Origin: Fonticula alba ATCC 38817
Lineage: Eukaryota > Protista > Nucleariida
NCBI GenBank assembly: GCA_000388065.2
Contig: KB932203.1
DNA: 15,375 bases
Strand: one strand, 5' to 3'
In this document: piece after piece, positions 11,144-15,375 of the stretch
How positions within the stretch are numbered: the stretch's first letter is position 1
How the letters are laid out: every line of letters starts with the position of its first letter
The notes under the pieces: model-generated
The model's input: the letters and a program-made list of their open reading frames with translations, nothing else
Databases searched by the model: none
Told to the model about the DNA's origin: nothing
Position numbers and translations under genes: made by a program

Positions 11144-12608
11144 GGGGGAGTGACATGGGGCACGGGCATGTGGGGCGAAACAAATGGCCCCGCCGCCCGG
11201 CGGGCGCCCGGGGGGAAGGGAACTGCCGTGGCGGCGCCGGCAGCGGACCTCCTCCTGGTGCAGCTGGTACCTCTTCGTCATCCTGGCGGCATCGGCCGCC
11301 TCCTTGCGGATATAGGCCGCCTCCTTGGGTGAGCTACCTTCCCCCCGCCCCTCCCCTCCGTGTGCAGTCCCGCCGATGCCCGACTCCTCGGACTCCGCAT
11401 CCAGCGGGCCGGGCCCCGGCCAGGGGAGCTCGAGCGGCTCGCCCGGGCCCGGGTCCTCGGCGAGCGGCAGCCACAGCTCCGGCCCCGGCCCGGGCTCATC
11501 GGACTCCTTCTCCACCAGCGGCAGCCCGGGCACCACGCCGGGCGCCGGGGGCACCAACTACATGCTGATTGCCGGCGGGGCCGGAGGCGGCCTGCTGCTG
11601 GTCATCGTGGTGGGGCTGGGGGTGGGCTTTGTGGCCATCCGTCAGCGCCGCCGCCGGGGCGACGCCTCGGAACATGACGCCGGCTCGGCCGGGCCCGGCG
11701 GCCCCCGGGGCAAGGGCCCCGCCAGGGCGGGCGACCCGGAGTCCGGGTCGCCGGACTTGCGGGACTTCTCCGACTCCAGCTCCACGCTCAACAGCACGTC
11801 CTACCTGCTGGGGAGCCCCCGGTCGCCGGCCCTGTCAGCCGGGTCGAACGATGACATCAGCACCGGCAGCGGGGCCTCCTCGCCGGGCGTCGACGGCGAG
11901 GCAGGCGCGACCGCCGCCGCCGCCGCCAGGCGCCCAAACATGATTGATCCCAGCCTGCCAGGCTTCCTGCACATCGACTACGACCAGGCCGTCGAGTATT
12001 CCGACGACCTGCCGGTCCTCGGGGTCGGCGGCCAGGCCGAGGTCAAAGCCGCGCACCTCCGCCTGGAGGCCTTCCAAACCAAGACGCACCTGAACAACCT
12101 GGACAAGATTGAGTTCGAGGGCTTCGGCACCACGGGCCGGGGCCTGGCCGCCGTGAAGACGGTGTTCGGTGCGCCCCTGCCCCCGGGGCGGGCTGGCCTT
12201 GGGGCTGTTGTGCATTGTTGCCCATGCGGCGGCGGCTGCTGCTGCTGCTGCTGCTGCCGCTTCTTTTTTCTCTTCTCGGGCCCGCCATATCCGCTCGCGA
12301 CCCCGGCCGTTGTCCTAACCCCGACCTTGGTACTCTGCTGGACCCCTTCTCCTCTTGGCCTGCGGCCCCGCTTGCGCGCGCGGGGACAGTGTGCGACGAG
12401 TCGCGCGTCGCCTGGGATGCCTTCAAGCAGGAGCTCATCACCACTTGGTACGTGCGGTGCGCGGGCATGCCCCGTCCCCCCCCCCCCCCCCCCGGGCCCC
12501 AACACAATGGCGGCGGTGCATGTGCCTGCCTGCGGCATTCCCTCTCGCGCATGCCGCCCCCTGGCCGGACACCCACAATCTCTGACACTCGCCCTCCCGC
12601 TCCCCCCC

Positions 12609-12649
<41 letters not shown>

Positions 12650-12654
12650 CCCCG

Positions 12655-12704
<50 letters not shown>

Positions 12705-12715
12705 CCGCCCCGCCC

Positions 12716-12783
<68 letters not shown>

Positions 12784-14367
12784 CCCGCCTCTCTCCCCCG
12801 CGGCGGACGTCGCTGCCGGCGGACATCGGCGCCGGACCCCGCGCAGGGCCCTGAGCCAGGCGGTGCACACGGTGCCACTGCTGGCATTCACCCACTCGCC
12901 GCCGTCCATCATCACCCCGGTGTATGACACGGACCTGCACACGCAGCTGCACTGTGCCGGCAAGGCGCTGGCCGGGCTAGCCCCGGAGCGCCTGGCCGTC
13001 CCGTGGCACATGGCCCTGGACGTGGCCCGGCAGGTGGCCTCGGCGCTGGCGAGCATCCACGACTTGGGGTTCTCGCACTCGGACATCAAGGCCTCCAATG
13101 TCTTCCTCCAGTGGATCGACCGGCCCCAAGCGGAGACCATGCGCCTGAAGGCCAAGAACCGGGCCAGCCGCGACACCAGCCTGGCCCTGTCCGCCGGCCG
13201 GGGCGGCTTCTGGCGCGCGGTCATCTGAGACTTCGGCATTTCCCGGCCCATTGGCCATGCAGGCGCCGGGCATTGGACCCAGGAGCCGGACGGCCCGCCG
13301 CCGGCCGGGCTCTCCCCGCGCTACGCGTCGCCCGAGGTGCGCACCCACCCCGGCGGGGCCGCGGGCCGACACACGCGCACACTTGCATACGACGCCGGGG
13401 GCGGGGGGGCAGCGGGGGGGGGGGGGGGGGGGGGGGCAACGGGGCGACCGGAAAATGCGGCCAGCCACAGGCGCGCACGCACACTGGCGTGCCCGCCCGC
13501 GCGCGCGGGGGCGCACCATGCCCGGGCAGCCGTCGGCCGATCGGCCCAGGCCCGCGCGCCCCGTCCGGAGCCGGAGGGGGGGGATGCCTGGGGGCGATCG
13601 GGCTCACGCACGTCCGGCCGCACAACATTCACGGGCACGAGGAATCGGGCCGCCGCGTCGGGGGCCCCGGCCGCCAGAAACACTAACCCCGTTTCGTGTT
13701 CGGCCCTCCCGTCCCCCCCCCGACTGGGCGCCAGCTCTTCGCCTGCCACCGGGACCAGTCAGAAATCGCCTGCGACGCGCGCTACAGCGACATGTACGCC
13801 CTCGGGTCCATGATGGTCGAGCTGATGACCCGGCGGCAGCTTTGGGCCGGGCACACCCGTCAGGCCGTCGAGCAGGGAGTCCTGGAGGGCCGGCGCCCGG
13901 CCACCGGGCCGGTGCACGGGCCCTGGCCGGTGGCCGTGCGCCAGGCCTTCTCCGACCTGGCCACCCGGTGCTGGGCCCAACGCCCGGGGGACCGGCCCAC
14001 CTCGGCCGCGGCCCTGGCCAGCCTGGGCGCCATCATCCAAATGGCCCGGCCGCTGGTGGCTCAGACGCCGGGGCACACCTGGCGCCCGGGGGCCGCCGAG
14101 CCGCCGCTGCCGGCCGGCTTCGAGTGCGAGCCGGACTTCGGGTCGGCCGGGTGCGCGAGCGCCGCCCACCGGCCGGCCTCGGCCGGCGCCGGGGCCGCCG
14201 GCCCGGGCCCCGTCGGTCCCGGGACCGACGCCGGCGGCGGCGCCCACGACAGCCTCTACGGCACGGACCCCCTGGGCTCGGTGCACTCGACCAACATGAT
14301 GGGCGGCGCGGTGCGGCCCTCGGCCGCGCCGGTGCGCGCCCGCGCCCCGCTCGGCGCCGCGCCCTGA
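8514..14367 (+). CDS. Receptor-like TKL-group protein kinase with FG-GAP-like and EGF/furin-like Cys-rich ectodomain; join(8514..11028,11368..12168,12390..12447,12847..13336,13735..14367); one in-frame TGA at codon 1252 (possible pseudogene or truncated allele)
   Basis: Signal peptide MAMLCWLLVAALALASGAAA; TM helix followed by RQRRRR; kinase motifs LGVGGQAEV, AAVK, FKQE (alphaC), HSDIKASN, DFG, YASPE, SDMYALG, CWAQRPGDRPT. Introns are GT-AG (donors GTGCGT, GTGCGC, GTACGT, GTGCGC) with compatible phases 1,1,2,0; CTAAC branch-like sites at 12315-12319 and 13683-13687. Exon total 4497 nt = 1499 codons. Confidence 0.88.
9297..9602 (+). other. Two FG-GAP/VCBS-like Ca-binding motifs (beta-propeller-type ectodomain)
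   Basis: GDVNADGLDDVLVA (9297-9338) and LLDVDGDGDPDLLVSA (9555-9602) fit the D-x-[DN]-x-D-G-x-x-D-hydrophobic pattern of FG-GAP repeats. Confidence 0.65.
10275..11024 (+). other. Cysteine-rich region: laminin/EGF-like module followed by furin-like (CxxC) repeats
   Basis: CDCSGRGTC...CVCLAGFTGPTCGECAAGHY, then repeats such as CAACPAHCELC, CDTCPAGCSLC, CETCDEACKTC. Confidence 0.85.
11562..11639 (+). other. Transmembrane helix of the receptor kinase
   Basis: MLIAGGAGGGLLLVIVVGLGVGFVAI followed by basic RQRRRR; contains a GxxxG-type motif (GLGVG); preceded by a Ser/Gly/Pro stalk (11370-11560). Confidence 0.85.
12601..12790. repeat. Very long interrupted poly-C tract (poly-G on - strand) inside kinase intron 3
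   Basis: About 190 nt of nearly pure C with a few G/T interruptions; exact length is unreliable in a draft assembly. Confidence 0.8.
13226..13228 (+). other. In-frame TGA at the DFG-1 position of the kinase domain
   Basis: ...cgc gcg gtc atc TGA gac ttc ggc att tcc... = RAVI*DFGIS; the same frame continues without stops to YASPE and the donor at 13336/13337. Confidence 0.92.
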
Positions 14368-15375
14368 CCCCCCCATGCCCGCGCGCCGATCGGCCGCCAC
14401 CGACAGACAGCCCTCCCCTTCACACGGGCGGCCATTGTCCGCATCCCGGGCCGGGCCGGGCCGGCCCCGCCGCCGCCCGGGGAGCACGCCAACAGACACG
14501 CCCACACCACACACACACACGCGCGCGCGCACATCCCCCTACGCATGTGCCCCCCACCGCACACAATGTGCTGCAGGCCCTGCCTCGGCCCCCGCGTGAC
14601 CGGGGCCAAATAGAACGTTCGTCCTTGTGCAGGCCACCGCCGCCGCGCCCGGTGTGAGGGGCCTTTTCCTGGGGCTGCGGGGGGGGGGGGGGGAAATGGC
14701 TTGCTCGTAATACATCCAGCCATTATTATTTTCCCTTTTTCCTGGCAGCCGTGCCACGGCGGGCCGGCCTTTGGCGCCTGCCCTTGGCCGATGCCTGCCC
14801 CGCTAGCATGGCCAGCTGCGGCTCAGGCCGGGGTCTCGGCGCGGGGCGGCCCGCCCTCTTTTTTTCTTCCCTTTTCCCCCCCCCCGTCAGGCGGGTCGGA
14901 ACAATGCGCCGCATACTGCCCGGGGGCGGGGGCGGGGGCGGGGGCGGGGGGACGCTTTTGCCCGCCTCTTGATGGACCGGGCGGAGGCCCGACCGGGGGG
15001 CGGCCGGGCAAGTGGCTGGGGCGGGGGCTCCGCCCCGGGCTCGCCGGATGATCATTGCATGTCCGCCCGGGCCTCCCCCGCGCGCCCGGCCCCGGCCCCC
15101 GCCCCCTTATAGCGGGGCAACGGGGTCGCCGGGGTGCGCTGGGGGTAATGCCTCCATGGCCAATCGGCGCCCCGCCAAGGGCCGCAAAAAATAGCGCCGC
15201 AGGAGCGCGCGGCCACCGGGTGAGCCCCCCCCCCCACCCGGGCCCGGGGCTCAGCGGAGCAGGGTGCTTTTCTAGGGCGCGGAACCGGAGGCGAGGGATG
15301 GCCTGATGGGGGCCTTTTTTTCGCCCCCCCCCCCGCCCCGCCCCCCCCCCCCACCCGGGCCACAGCGACAGCCGG

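Noticed and set aside
8475-11183. 902-aa minus-strand ORF, and the 573-aa ORF at 780..2501, as overlapping genes
   Set aside because: Antisense shadows of GC-rich real genes; no recognisable motifs, and stop codons are rare at this GC content.
11325-12854. Open frame running through kinase introns 2-3 to give a poly-Pro tail
   Set aside because: The translation past AVKTVF is low-complexity intron sequence (poly-Cys, poly-Pro); canonical splicing restores the kinase fold.
4007-14367. Functional pairing of the WW-TM protein with the divergently oriented receptor kinase
   Set aside because: No PPxY/LPxY motif found in the kinase cytoplasmic region, and gene adjacency in eukaryotes is weak evidence.
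14587-14665. SECIS-like element (GTGA...AAA...TGA with GGCCCC/GGGGCC outer arms)
   Set aside because: Only 8 nt between GTGA and AAA, poor pairing directly above the putative GA quartet, and an oversized apical region; it may also be coding in the alternative last exon. Not a canonical SECIS by eye.

Overview
GC-rich, intron-containing eukaryotic genomic DNA from a draft assembly (N gaps at 653-676 and 5901-5910). The microsatellite- and homopolymer-laden introns and the receptor-type TKL kinase resemble Fonticula alba-like amoeboid opisthokonts; this organism call is inference only. Three genes could be spliced by hand into continuous frames: (1) a + strand two-exon, very acidic orphan protein of about 701 aa with a 7-aa tandem repeat; (2) a - strand WW-domain protein with one transmembrane helix near its C-terminus; (3) a + strand five-exon receptor-like kinase of about 1498 codons (signal peptide, FG-GAP-like motifs, EGF/furin-like Cys repeats, Ser/Gly stalk, TM helix, TKL-type kinase). 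The most notable observation is a single in-frame TGA (13226-13228) at the DFG-1 position of the otherwise intact kinase (RAVI*DFGISR). It could be a recent nonsense allele, an assembly error, or UGA recoding at a site that is often Cys in kinases. I found no convincing SECIS by eye, so recoding is unproven. The 6330-8450 interval is unresolved, and a 385-bp duplication around the N10 gap is most likely an assembly artefact.
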